Below the pieces are notes generated by a model. It saw only the letters and a list, made by a program, of their open reading frames with translations, did not search any database and was not told where the DNA came from. A program made the translations under genes and the position numbers. This document shows, piece by piece, positions 9,934 through 19,770 of a DNA stretch of 64,000 nt. The DNA is from a virus: IMG/VR virus record IMGVR_UViG_3300011113_000664, positions 106,057-170,056 of that record; one strand, 5' to 3'. The stretch's first letter is position 1. Every line of letters starts with the position of its first letter.

Positions 9934-11121
9934 TTATGTCCAATAATGGAATCTGTATTCTAAAGTTATATCGCTTGAATATGATGGGTTGATAAAATCG
10001 CTATAGACTCTAAATAGAATATTTCCTTGTGCAGAATTTGGTATTGTACTTGTAGAGCCTGGTGGTTTTGTTCTTGCTACATCTTTTCTTATTACTTTTA
10101 TTGGTACTGATTTTTTATATATTGTATTATTAGCCGTTGGAGTTACAGTACCATTTGTATTGTTATTAAATTCAAATCTTAAATTTGATGTAATTACTGT
10201 TTCTGAATACGGTGGGTTATCCACTCCAATAACTAAATCAATATAATTCCAAGCAGAATCGGTAAGATTACTTTTTTCTATTTTAAAAAATGCTGTATTT
10301 AATGTATTTTGTGTTATTTGTGAATTATCTGAATTTCTTATTGATACATCTATATAATTATAATAACTTGGGTCTAATGTAATTGTCTGTTTATTTCCAC
10401 CAACAACAGCTACACTAGCAGGATTAGTAGGAATAGTATTGTCAAAAGTATTTGTTTGACTAAATATTAAATTATTTTGTGGTTGATTTGGTAAACAGTC
10501 TAAATTAGTTTGCCCAATCAATTTTTCAGTTCCTTGACCATCTTTTACATAAACTTGATAATAAATTGGTATTACTTGTTGTGCATCTCTTGTAGAAAAT
10601 TCAAATGATTGACCTATTTGTTTTGGTGTAAAATAGTTATCAGGACCAAAATCTGTATAAAATTGATTTATTGTTACTTGTGGTGTACCATTTGGAAATA
10701 CAGGTGCAACTCTCCATGTATAAGGTCCACCTGAACCTCCTACAGGGTTTGTAACATTTATTATTACAACATAATCAAAAGTGGAACAGTTTTGAGAAAA
10801 ATTAGCACTCATTGGTGAATTACCTTCACCTTTAAGCATATTTTTACCAAATACAACCATTCCTTTATTACTTTTAATACAAACATCATTATCACCTGTT
10901 ATATCAGGTATAAAACCACTTTTTGGTGTGTTATATAATGTGTTTCCTGAAGAGTCAACCCCAATAATTTGTTTACTAATTTGATAATTTATATCCTCAT
11001 CATGTAAACTAAAATTTTTAATTTGAAAATCAATAACATCGCCATTAAAAATTCTTTCTCTTGCATATTCTGTAAAATATGCATAAAGTTGTACTGTTGA
11101 TGAACTTACTATAAATCCCAT
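9934..11121 (-). CDS. Putative fibre/adhesin, paralogue 2
   Basis: N-terminus 'MGFI..LYAYFTEYARE..FSLHDEDINY..SGFIPDITGDNDVCI'; SprB-like 'GGSGGPYTW'. Confidence 0.55.
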   Translation of the reverse strand: MGFIVSSSTVQLYAYFTEYARERIFNGDVIDFQIKNFSLHDEDINYQISKQIIGVDSSGNTLYNTPKSGFIPDITGDNDVCIKSNKGMVVFGKNMLKGEGNSPMSANFSQNCSTFDYVVIINVTNPVGGSGGPYTWRVAPVFPNGTPQVTINQFYTDFGPDNYFTPKQIGQSFEFSTRDAQQVIPIYYQVYVKDGQGTEKLIGQTNLDCLPNQPQNNLIFSQTNTFDNTIPTNPASVAVVGGNKQTITLDPSYYNYIDVSIRNSDNSQITQNTLNTAFFKIEKSNLTDSAWNYIDLVIGVDNPPYSETVITSNLRFEFNNNTNGTVTPTANNTIYKKSVPIKVIRKDVARTKPPGSTSTIPNSAQGNILFRVYSDFINPSYSSDITLEYRFHYWT

Positions 11122-11130
11122 TGTTTTATA

Positions 11131-12141
11131 TTAATTAGATATTGTCTTTTCAAGTTGCGCTCTATATGTATATGTATTTTTTTGAGTGTTTACTTGTATA
11201 TTTGAATTAGTTGAATTTAAAGTAAACGTAAACTCAAAATGTCTATTAATAGTGGTTTGGTCTAAATAACTTGGTTCAATATAAAGTACCATTTCTGTTA
11301 ATTTATTTATAACATCATTAGTTGTTACACTAGCAAAACTATAATTAGATATATAATTTGAAATATTACCAAGATTACTAGTTGGATTATAATCTTTAAA
11401 ACTAATTTTTATAAAATCTTCAAAAACTTTGTTTGGTTTTGTTCCGGTAAAAGTATATCCAATGGTACTTGGTGTTGAAATAGATAAATTGAATTTTACA
11501 GCATCTCTCTCTGCTTGAGTAATTGGTGTTGTATCACCGGGAGATGTTTTTAATACAATTGCAAATCTTGAATCTTGGTCACCAAGTGGTATTTGTGTGC
11601 CTGGGGTTGGACTATCACCATTTATTATGATGGTACAATTTTGACCTAACTTTAATTTATTTGTTGTGCTATCGATAGGGTCTACTTTTCTTCTATGTAT
11701 CCAATAATCATTGCGATTATCATAATTTGTTGCATATTCAAATTCCAATATTAATGGTTGAGTTCTTGGTGTTACAGACCCACCACCTGTTCCTCCTCCT
11801 GTTCCACCACCTGTTCCTGTTGATGAGGTTATAGAAGATAAAACAACAAGTGGTCCACCATAAATTAAATGACTATCATCATCTACGATATAGGCTTGTG
11901 ATACACTTTTAATACAAATGTCATTATCACCTGTTGCATCAGGTAAAAATCCATTTTTTAAATAATTATAATTTAAATTTTGGTCAATAATTGATGAAAT
12001 TTTATAATTTACATCATTATCATGTAGACTAAAAAATTTTATTTCAGAATGTGTTGCTGATGAATATAATAATTTTTTTCTACCATCTTGTGTAAGATAG
12101 CATTTTATTACTTGTGGTGTTGTATCTGTTATAAATCCCAT
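11131..12141 (-). CDS. Putative fibre/adhesin, paralogue 3 (Gly/Thr linker)
   Basis: N-terminus 'MGFI..YLTQDGRK..FSLHDNDVNY..GFLPDATGDNDICI'; linker TGTGGGTGGGTGGGS. Confidence 0.55.
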   Translation of the reverse strand: MGFITDTTPQVIKCYLTQDGRKKLLYSSATHSEIKFFSLHDNDVNYKISSIIDQNLNYNYLKNGFLPDATGDNDICIKSVSQAYIVDDDSHLIYGGPLVVLSSITSSTGTGGGTGGGTGGGSVTPRTQPLILEFEYATNYDNRNDYWIHRRKVDPIDSTTNKLKLGQNCTIIINGDSPTPGTQIPLGDQDSRFAIVLKTSPGDTTPITQAERDAVKFNLSISTPSTIGYTFTGTKPNKVFEDFIKISFKDYNPTSNLGNISNYISNYSFASVTTNDVINKLTEMVLYIEPSYLDQTTINRHFEFTFTLNSTNSNIQVNTQKNTYTYRAQLEKTISN

Positions 12142-12154
12142 TTTATTTTATAAT

Positions 12155-13333
12155 TTATGCTGACTTTTTTCCTTCTACCCTACCTTTATAATCATATGTA
12201 TCTTTTCCTGTTACTACTGATAAATTAGGTGAATCAGATATTAATTTTATTTTAAATTGAAACTCTTTAATTAAATTAGTATATAAACCAGTTGTTATAG
12301 TACTGTTAAAATAGCTTTGTTTAATACCAAAAGTTAAATCTGTTATTGGGTTATAAGGATTTCCCGGTGGTCCAAAATTTAAAATAGATGTAGTACCAAC
12401 AGTATTTAATATACCGTTAAAATTTCCAACATCTATACTTGGTTTAATATAAAAAATCCAATTGGTATCAACAATTGATTCTAATAGAATTTTAAATTTA
12501 ATTGAATTTATTTCATCTTGTGTTATATTAGTTTGAGTTGGGTCAACAAAACTATATCTAATCTTTAATGTATTATTAGTTTTTAAACTAAAATCTGTTC
12601 TAGCCTGAGTAGGGGTATTAACATTTTGTGTATGTAAAAATTCAGGTGAATCTTTAGTTAAAGGTGCAAGTACATTAGTTGGATTAACAAATTCTATTTG
12701 AAATTGTCTAAGTGGTGGGTCTGAAACAGTAATATATGAAGTTCTTGTTTTACTATCTGAACCAAATTGATTAGTTGCTCTTAGTTTTACAGCATAAACA
12801 CCTGATGTTGTGTATGTATGACTTGGGTTTTGTAATGTACTATCATTAGTACCATCATTTTCAAAATCCCATTCCCATGCAAGAGATGTTAATGGTGCAG
12901 ACATATTTGTAGAATTATCAGTAAACTGAACGGTTAACGGTTTATATCCTGAAAGTGTCGAAGCCGTAAAATCGGCAACAGGTATAAATGTCGTAGGTCC
13001 ACCACCGCCACCACTAGTACCACCTCCACCATCAGGTGGTTGAGGTGTTCCACCATAAATTAAATAACTATTATCATCCACAATGTATGCTTGAGCGATA
13101 CTTCTAATACAATTATCATTATCACCTGTTACATCGGGTACAAATCCCCTTTTTAACTTATTATACTCAAAATTTATAATTTTGGATGCTACATCATAAT
13201 TTATATCATTATCATGTAATGTAAAATGCGTTGCTGTACATGCGGTAGCATCGCCAAAAAGTAAATTACTTCTACCCTTTTGTGTTAAGTAAGCATAAAG
13301 TGTTTGAGTGGTTGAACTTGGTACATAACCCAT
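12155..13333 (-). CDS. Putative fibre/adhesin, paralogue 4, with a PKD (Ig-like) domain
   Basis: Shared N-terminal module, then a Gly linker, then a classic PKD: 'PVADFTAS..G..PLTVQFTDNS..WEWDFENDG..STLQNPSHTYTTSGVYAVKL.ATNQFGSD'. Confidence 0.75.
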   Translation of the reverse strand: MGYVPSSTTQTLYAYLTQKGRSNLLFGDATACTATHFTLHDNDINYDVASKIINFEYNKLKRGFVPDVTGDNDNCIRSIAQAYIVDDNSYLIYGGTPQPPDGGGGTSGGGGGPTTFIPVADFTASTLSGYKPLTVQFTDNSTNMSAPLTSLAWEWDFENDGTNDSTLQNPSHTYTTSGVYAVKLRATNQFGSDSKTRTSYITVSDPPLRQFQIEFVNPTNVLAPLTKDSPEFLHTQNVNTPTQARTDFSLKTNNTLKIRYSFVDPTQTNITQDEINSIKFKILLESIVDTNWIFYIKPSIDVGNFNGILNTVGTTSILNFGPPGNPYNPITDLTFGIKQSYFNSTITTGLYTNLIKEFQFKIKLISDSPNLSVVTGKDTYDYKGRVEGKKSA

Positions 13334-13334
13334 A

Positions 13335-15389
13335 TTAAAAATCCATATCTAATTCTACTGTAAATAATTTATTGGTACTCTTTTTAATAGGATTATTTAA
13401 TTTACCAATAGCGACTAATGAATTATTTTGGTCATAAATAGCAGCTTCGGTTATATACACACTATCATTACTATCCCATGTTGGATTATTAGAAGTGTTA
13501 TATTCATTAAATCCTAAAATATGTGACATTTTTGTTCTATAAACTGTTGCCTTAATTTCTGTGTTTATATTGCCAAGTAATATACTTTCCTCACCAAAAC
13601 CTAATTTTGTTGTTGTTGAATAATCTCCTGTTGTTGGTAATGTTCCTATCCAATTTTCAATATTATATGTTGTACCACCTGTATAATCATCATTATTTAA
13701 TGTATAATTTTGGGTAAGTGCTGTTACAGGTATTGAATATACACCCCATAAACCATAATCTCGTAATTTTGATGTATAATCAATTAATTTCCAAGTTGCA
13801 GGATTTGGTGTTAGATTTGTATTAACTTTTTGAGCCAAAATATAAAATTTGTTTGCGTTAAACCCTGTTCCATCTGATGAAGATACATCAGATACCATGA
13901 ATTTTAAATCAGATGATTTAAAACTAAATAATACATTTTGGTCTGATGTAGTAGATGGATATATGTATGTTGTATAACCACAATGAATACCACCTCTTAA
14001 ACCTAAACTAGTATTAGTATTGTAACCATCATTATATGCGTTTTCATTAGTAAATAAATATGTTAAAGCAACATATTGTGTTGAATTTTTAGGTAATAGT
14101 GAATTTGTACTTGGAGAAGTTGCAATAGAACCTTGCCAATTTGGTAATGGTAAAGTATGTGACCTGTCACTTTTAAGTGCTAAAACATTTACTAATTCTT
14201 CATCCTCAATAACTGCAATTCTTAAATCATTAAATACTTTCCCCACAATATTTTGAGAAGTTGATTCAACAAGATTATAATATTCAGTTGTAAATCCTGT
14301 TAATGTTGTTAGTTCTGTTTTCTTTTGTGTATCTGCCGATAAAACAATACCCATTGTTCGGTTTTCTTTACCATGATACATAACTGTCGGTAAATCAATT
14401 CTAAATGTATTATTATAAAATCCTTCACCGTAATAATTTGATATTGATTTATTAGTATAATGAATTATTGCAAATTTAGATGTAGAATTATCAAGCGATA
14501 AACCTTGAATGTATTCTTTAAAACCTGAAAATATTGCACTATCATAATATTGCGGTACATAACTATTTGTTATACCTGCTAAAGTATCTTTATAAACAAT
14601 ATTTAAATTCCAAACAGGTACATCATCGTTTGCACCAATATTACAAGTTGAATCAAACGATAGAGTGTTATAATTCCAATAACCAACAGTTGTTCCTGTA
14701 CTATAGTAATTATCAACTGCATTATTTGGAGGATAAATATAAATTAAACATTTATATGTTCCACCATTTCCATTAAAACGTGGTAAAGTCCTATCAAGTG
14801 TTATACCCGTACCATTTACAGCTTGAACTTTATACCAAAGAAATTGTCTTGGATAGTTTTCACCAATAACACCTGTTGTACTCGTAAATACTGTTAATTT
14901 TGGATTTCTAAAATCAATTAAAAGTGTAGTACCTGTTATAATATTTGTTGCTGATGCTACATTAATTACACTACCACCTGTAAAACCTGTAATAAAAGCA
15001 GTTGTCATGCCTTTAATATATGTTGATGATGTTAATGCTGTAAAACCTGCTGAAGTAGAACCTGTAAAAAATCCTCTTTGTTTAGCGGTATTTTTAACTT
15101 GTGTAGTGACAGGTAGAATATTATCAATAGTTTTTTTTGTTACTGTTGAGTCACTTGATGAAATTGGAACACCATATTTAATATTAGGATTTGCATCTTT
15201 TGGTCGCATTATTGAAAGGTCAGAACCATCAATTACACTTTCAAAATTTCTTAAAAAATTATAATCAACTTCTGAATCACCAAATTCAATTCTTGTAAAG
15301 TTTAAATTACCTGAAGCAAGTAGTAGTCTACCTATATTTGTCAGTTTTGTGTTAATTACAACTGCATCTGTTTTTTGTATAAAACTCAT
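13335..15389 (-). CDS. Large virion structural (tail collar/baseplate-associated) protein
   Basis: N-terminus 'INTKLTNIGRLLLASGNLNFTRIEFGDSEVDY' and C-terminus 'VYITEAAIYDQNNSLVAIGKLNNPIKK'. Confidence 0.65.
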   Translation of the reverse strand: MSFIQKTDAVVINTKLTNIGRLLLASGNLNFTRIEFGDSEVDYNFLRNFESVIDGSDLSIMRPKDANPNIKYGVPISSSDSTVTKKTIDNILPVTTQVKNTAKQRGFFTGSTSAGFTALTSSTYIKGMTTAFITGFTGGSVINVASATNIITGTTLLIDFRNPKLTVFTSTTGVIGENYPRQFLWYKVQAVNGTGITLDRTLPRFNGNGGTYKCLIYIYPPNNAVDNYYSTGTTVGYWNYNTLSFDSTCNIGANDDVPVWNLNIVYKDTLAGITNSYVPQYYDSAIFSGFKEYIQGLSLDNSTSKFAIIHYTNKSISNYYGEGFYNNTFRIDLPTVMYHGKENRTMGIVLSADTQKKTELTTLTGFTTEYYNLVESTSQNIVGKVFNDLRIAVIEDEELVNVLALKSDRSHTLPLPNWQGSIATSPSTNSLLPKNSTQYVALTYLFTNENAYNDGYNTNTSLGLRGGIHCGYTTYIYPSTTSDQNVLFSFKSSDLKFMVSDVSSSDGTGFNANKFYILAQKVNTNLTPNPATWKLIDYTSKLRDYGLWGVYSIPVTALTQNYTLNNDDYTGGTTYNIENWIGTLPTTGDYSTTTKLGFGEESILLGNINTEIKATVYRTKMSHILGFNEYNTSNNPTWDSNDSVYITEAAIYDQNNSLVAIGKLNNPIKKSTNKLFTVELDMDF

Positions 15390-15396
15390 TGGAAAT

Positions 15397-15415
15397 ACTA
15401 TTTATAATAAATAGT
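15397..15415. promoter_or_regulatory. Palindromic bidirectional candidate late promoter (ACTATTTAT-A-ATAAATAGT)
   Basis: Perfect 9-bp inverted repeat made of two CTATTTAT motifs, between divergent genes starting at 15389 (-) and 15423 (+). Confidence 0.55.
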
Positions 15416-15422
15416 TAGTATT

Positions 15423-15683
15423 ATGTTTGGTTTATTTTCAAAATTTATAAATGATTTACTTAGGGATAGTAATTCTAAAAAAACTTCACTAACAAGAATA
15501 CTAGCTATTATGTTATTTTTTATTGTTATATGGTTTCATATTGAAGCAATTTCAATAATGGTTTCTAAACAAGAGATTGACCACGCATTAATATTTGAAG
15601 ATTTTGCTTTTATTAGTGCATTGATTATGCATAAAAATTATATTAATAGAAATAGCAAAGAAGAGCAAGTTGAACCTTCTTAA
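15423..15683 (+). CDS. Putative holin / small membrane protein
   Basis: 86 aa with two hydrophobic segments, an 'S..R' N-terminal motif and a charged C-terminus. Confidence 0.5.
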   Translation: MFGLFSKFINDLLRDSNSKKTSLTRILAIMLFFIVIWFHIEAISIMVSKQEIDHALIFEDFAFISALIMHKNYINRNSKEEQVEPS

Positions 15684-16219
15684 AATGGTGTTAAAAAGTT
15701 TAAAAAGGGTAATCCAATAATATCTTTTTCAGATAATATGGGATTATCAATAACCCAATTAATATTTAAATCTTTATCTAAAGGGTTTATTGATATTTCA
15801 GATTCTTTATTATATATATTTGAACATTTATAACTAAAAATCGAATCTTCTAAAGCAACAAAACCATGTGCAAATCCTTTTGGTATATAAAGACTGTTGT
15901 TTTTTTCACTAGAAAGTTCAATAGATATATATTTTCCATATGTTTTTGACCCATTTCTAATATCAACAGCAACATCTAAAACTTTACCATTTACTACTCT
16001 CACTAATTTTGCTTGTTCAAATGGTGGTTTTTGTAGATGTAGACCTCTTACAACATTTTTTTTTGAAAAAGATTGATTATCTTGTATAAAATCATCGGTA
16101 ATCCCTATTTTTTCAAATGTATTTTGGTTATATGATTCAAAAAAATAACCTCTATTATCTTCAAATTTTTTGGGTATAATTTCTATTATGCCCTCTATAT
16201 CAAAATAATTTATTTCCAT
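15680..16219 (-). CDS. rmlC: dTDP-4-dehydrorhamnose 3,5-epimerase
   Basis: 'DNRGYFFESY', 'QDNQSFSKKNVVRGLHLQ', 'QAKLVRV', 'DVAVDIR', 'PKGFAHGF', 'LSEKD'. Confidence 0.95.
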   Translation of the reverse strand: MEINYFDIEGIIEIIPKKFEDNRGYFFESYNQNTFEKIGITDDFIQDNQSFSKKNVVRGLHLQKPPFEQAKLVRVVNGKVLDVAVDIRNGSKTYGKYISIELSSEKNNSLYIPKGFAHGFVALEDSIFSYKCSNIYNKESEISINPLDKDLNINWVIDNPILSEKDIIGLPFLNFLTPF

Positions 16220-16221
16220 AA

Positions 16222-17625
16222 TTAAGCAACTAATTCAAATTTTTCTTTCATCAATCCTCTATAAAAGTCTGCCCTGATATGACTTAATACATCAATGTCA
16301 TATCTTTTACATGCAAGTTCATATGCTGTTTCACCCATATCTTTAACATGATTTGGATTATTGATACAATATTTAATCTTTTTATACCAATCTTTATATT
16401 GTCTATCAGGATTTACATATAAAATATTTTTACCATCTACCCAATCTTTGTCATGGTTGTAAATTGGAACATCTGAAGCAATTACAGGAACTTTGTGAAA
16501 TGCAGCTTCAATTACTTTAAGATTTGATTTTGCAAATTGATAGCGATTATCTGAATTATCATCCATAACACCTTTACCATATACTTTAATAGGTGCAAGT
16601 GCTACATCACCATGTTTATAATTTGCAGCAAACTTGTAAAGACCTTGAGTTTTGTGTCTAAAATAATTTTGTTCTGCTTGTTTTTCATAAACAGCATCCA
16701 AATCAAACTTCATTAGAAAATCATAATAGTCTTTATCTTTAATAAGTTTATAATTTGATGTGAAAATCTCTTCATATCTTGTCCAAACAGTTTCTTGTGG
16801 TTTAATTGGTCTAGTTTGTTCTTGAAGAACATTTCCATTATATTTTTCAACAAGTTGTCTTGGAATTTCAGGTGTATCGGAAATATTAAAATTATTTGCC
16901 ACAAGTTTATTATAAAGCTGTTGAGTAAATAAACCCATAGCTTGCACTTCTTTAATAAACTCTTCATTAACAATATAATTTGTTGTTGTTCCTCTCAAAT
17001 CAAAACCCGAAAGATGAACTTGAAATTTATTTTCAATTGATGTATCAGCAATAAGTCTTTCAAAACTATCTTTTAATAAAGAGACATCTTGTAAGTGTGA
17101 TGAACCAGCAAGATAAAGAATTCTTAATTTATCATAAGAACATTTATCGTTTGCAGGAATCCATTCTTTAAGATTTCTATTTACTCCATTTGGGATAATT
17201 AAAATATTTTTATTATAAGGTTTAATATAATTTTCATAAACAGGAGTTGTTGTTGAAACAGCATCCACGATTTTAAGATTACCAACAATTTTTTCTTTTA
17301 AACCATCTTTTTTAACTGCATGATATAGAGGATGTTCTCTTGATACTTCCCAATAATCATCAATATCAAGTATTACCTTAATACCAAATGAATGAAGTTT
17401 ATCTACTAAATATGGCATTTGAGCAAAATCACAAAGAGTTCTATGTCCATGAATAATATCATATTGTTTTAAAAATTCATCATTATTCCAATCAATATTT
17501 TTAAGATAATCAATTTCAAATTCATCATCATAAAGTTTTGATAAAGAGATAGCAGGTTGTTCAGAACGATAAAAGTTTACACCATGAACATCCATGTTTG
17601 TAATCAAAATTCTTGGTTTTCTCAT
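16222..17625 (-). CDS. Glycosyltransferase (GT4-like, GT-B fold)
   Basis: 'DIDDYW', 'IPNG', 'AGSSHLQD', 'KSNLKVIEAAFHKVPVIASDVPIY'. Confidence 0.8.
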   Translation of the reverse strand: MRKPRILITNMDVHGVNFYRSEQPAISLSKLYDDEFEIDYLKNIDWNNDEFLKQYDIIHGHRTLCDFAQMPYLVDKLHSFGIKVILDIDDYWEVSREHPLYHAVKKDGLKEKIVGNLKIVDAVSTTTPVYENYIKPYNKNILIIPNGVNRNLKEWIPANDKCSYDKLRILYLAGSSHLQDVSLLKDSFERLIADTSIENKFQVHLSGFDLRGTTTNYIVNEEFIKEVQAMGLFTQQLYNKLVANNFNISDTPEIPRQLVEKYNGNVLQEQTRPIKPQETVWTRYEEIFTSNYKLIKDKDYYDFLMKFDLDAVYEKQAEQNYFRHKTQGLYKFAANYKHGDVALAPIKVYGKGVMDDNSDNRYQFAKSNLKVIEAAFHKVPVIASDVPIYNHDKDWVDGKNILYVNPDRQYKDWYKKIKYCINNPNHVKDMGETAYELACKRYDIDVLSHIRADFYRGLMKEKFELVA

Positions 17626-17659
17626 AATTTAAGTAATATTACTTAAAATACGACAAAAA

Positions 17660-18052
17660 TTATGCACTTATTGAAAGTGATATATTATCAGCAACTGTTG
17701 TATATAAGTTGGTGTATAAAAAATCAATATTAATACTTAATGTATTTGTGTTTTGGGATTGGTCAATTTGAATATCTTCAATCAAAAGATTTTTAAAATA
17801 TTTTTCAATATCTTTTTTTAAAGATGCTTTTATTTCTGAAGCAACGATTTGGTCATTTTTCTCAAATAAAAATTCATACAGTTTTGTTCCAAAATCAGGG
17901 TCATACCATCTTTCACCTTTTTTTGTTGTAACAAAAAAATATAAAGAAGAACGAATATCCTCAATACTAGTGGTATTCATTTTTAAAAGTTTACCATTAG
18001 TTTCATCATCCCTAAATGGGAATGCTATTGATATTGTTCTATTATTTGCCAT
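17660..18052 (-). CDS. Baseplate wedge protein, gp25/GPW-like
   Basis: 'IAFPF', 'TTKKGERWYDPDFGTKLYEFLFE'. Confidence 0.9.
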   Translation of the reverse strand: MANNRTISIAFPFRDDETNGKLLKMNTTSIEDIRSSLYFFVTTKKGERWYDPDFGTKLYEFLFEKNDQIVASEIKASLKKDIEKYFKNLLIEDIQIDQSQNTNTLSINIDFLYTNLYTTVADNISLSISA

Positions 18053-18933
18053 TAAGTAATTATTAGCATTAATTTATCACCAAAGTTGATTCCATCATAT
18101 CCTGCTCTTTTTGCAAAACCATTTAATCTGTTTTTAATAAAATGTGCATAAACCTGATTTACATCGGATGCCATCTTTTTAATCATAGTTGGGTCTTTTT
18201 CAAAGTTAGGGTCAAGAATATACATACCTGCTAAATAGAATGGGTCATGAAGTTCCATTTCCTCATTAGGAACATATAAAACTTTATCAAAAAGAATTTC
18301 ATATTCTTTATCATAACCTTTATCTTTTGTAAAGGACATAATAAAACCTGAAGTATTTCCTTTATCAAATGGTCTTACTGAATATAATGTAACAACTTTA
18401 TTTGTAACATCATTAAAATCTAAATTTTCTTTCTGTTTTTCTATTTCTTGCTCTTTATCAGGACCAAGATATTGTGCTTGCTGTTTTGGTTGATATAGAT
18501 TACTTAATTCATTTTGAATAGTATCCATCATGTTAAATGTTGATGGACTTTTAATTCCATATTCTTTTTTAAAATCAAGTCTATCTTGGATTTTATTTAA
18601 AATCCTACAAGCATCTTTAGAATTTAAAAAGATTTTATAACATTCTACTTTATCAATATCAGGTCTTGATTGATAAGCATAAACTCTGTGATGACCATCC
18701 AAAATATTATTATTTGCATCTACCCATGTCCTTGGTAAATAACCATCATCATCAATAACACTATTAATATCATCAATTTTAGTTTTAGAAACCTTTTTTT
18801 GTAATGGTTTTAAATAGCTAGGTTCAACCATAACAGATTTAACAATAATTCCACTATCCTTTAGTTCTTGAAGGATTTCATTTACATTTTCTTCTTTTAC
18901 TTGCGGTAGCCAAATTTCAGAAACAGTATGCAT
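18052..18933 (-). CDS. ParB/Srx-like N-terminal domain protein
   Basis: 'LKPLQ' and 'NNILDGHHRVYA' motif. Confidence 0.65.
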   Translation of the reverse strand: MHTVSEIWLPQVKEENVNEILQELKDSGIIVKSVMVEPSYLKPLQKKVSKTKIDDINSVIDDDGYLPRTWVDANNNILDGHHRVYAYQSRPDIDKVECYKIFLNSKDACRILNKIQDRLDFKKEYGIKSPSTFNMMDTIQNELSNLYQPKQQAQYLGPDKEQEIEKQKENLDFNDVTNKVVTLYSVRPFDKGNTSGFIMSFTKDKGYDKEYEILFDKVLYVPNEEMELHDPFYLAGMYILDPNFEKDPTMIKKMASDVNQVYAHFIKNRLNGFAKRAGYDGINFGDKLMLIIT

Positions 18934-18984
18934 GTATCTATTTTTCTATTAAATAGTGACTATTTATATAAAAATTTTTATCTT

Positions 18985-19770
18985 ATGGAAAATATGTCAA
19001 ATGTAAAAAGTAAGCTAGATAGCTTATTACCAAAAGTCGTATCAGATTATGTTGATTTCCCATCTCAAGGTTTATTTTATGAAAGTAAAATTGACAAAGT
19101 AATGGTTGAATACATGACCGCTGCTGATGAACAATATCTATTATCTGAAAACTATATCAAGAATGGTACAGGTCTTGAACTTTTAGTTAAAAATAAAATT
19201 AAAGACCCTGAATTTAATTCACTTATGCGTGTTGAAGATTTATTGACAGGTGATTTAGATGCTGTATTGTTATTTTTAAGAAGATTTGCTTATGGTGATG
19301 AATATCCTGTTCAGGTTCGTGATACAGATAATAGGTCATATGAAACAACTATTGATTTATCAAAAATTAAATATAAAGAAATTATTCAACCAACAGATGA
19401 GTTAAATTATTCATTTCATTTACCTCTTTGTAAAACAGATGTTACATTTAAATTGCTAACATATGGTGATAAAAAGAAATTAGACCAAAGAATTGAAAAG
19501 ATTTCAAAATATAAGAACGATTCACCAATTTTTGAAACACAAGAAAGAATTATTGCTCAAATAGAAACAATTGCAGGTGAAAATGATAGAGTTTTTATTG
19601 AAAAGTTTGTAAAACTAATGCCACCAAAAGATGCATTGTCTTTGAGAAAATATATTTTAGAAGTTGAGCCGGGTATTGATTATAATTATGAATTTGAAGG
19701 AAAATTCACAGGTGACTTTTTTCGTCAGACCGTTACCTTCGGTATCGACTTTTTTTATCCAAGACAATAA
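18985..19770 (+). CDS. Baseplate hub assembly / tail assembly chaperone (T4 gp26-like)
   Basis: 'FPSQGLFY', 'YMTAADEQYL', 'LLTGDLDAVLLFLRRFAYG.EY', 'VTFKLLTYGD', 'MPPKDALSLRKYI..VEPGID', ending 'FGIDFF'. Start placed at ATG 18985, downstream of CTATTTATA. Confidence 0.75.
   Translation: MENMSNVKSKLDSLLPKVVSDYVDFPSQGLFYESKIDKVMVEYMTAADEQYLLSENYIKNGTGLELLVKNKIKDPEFNSLMRVEDLLTGDLDAVLLFLRRFAYGDEYPVQVRDTDNRSYETTIDLSKIKYKEIIQPTDELNYSFHLPLCKTDVTFKLLTYGDKKKLDQRIEKISKYKNDSPIFETQERIIAQIETIAGENDRVFIEKFVKLMPPKDALSLRKYILEVEPGIDYNYEFEGKFTGDFFRQTVTFGIDFFYPRQ

Noticed and set aside
8302-13333. Diversity-generating retroelement or invertible shufflon behind the paralogue array
   Set aside because: No reverse transcriptase or recombinase is in the window, no adenine-specific TR/VR pair was seen, and all copies are in the same orientation.
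18928-18984. Track start of the gp26-like gene at 18928
   Set aside because: It overlaps the divergent gene start and spans the promoter-like motifs; ATG 18985 is more plausible.
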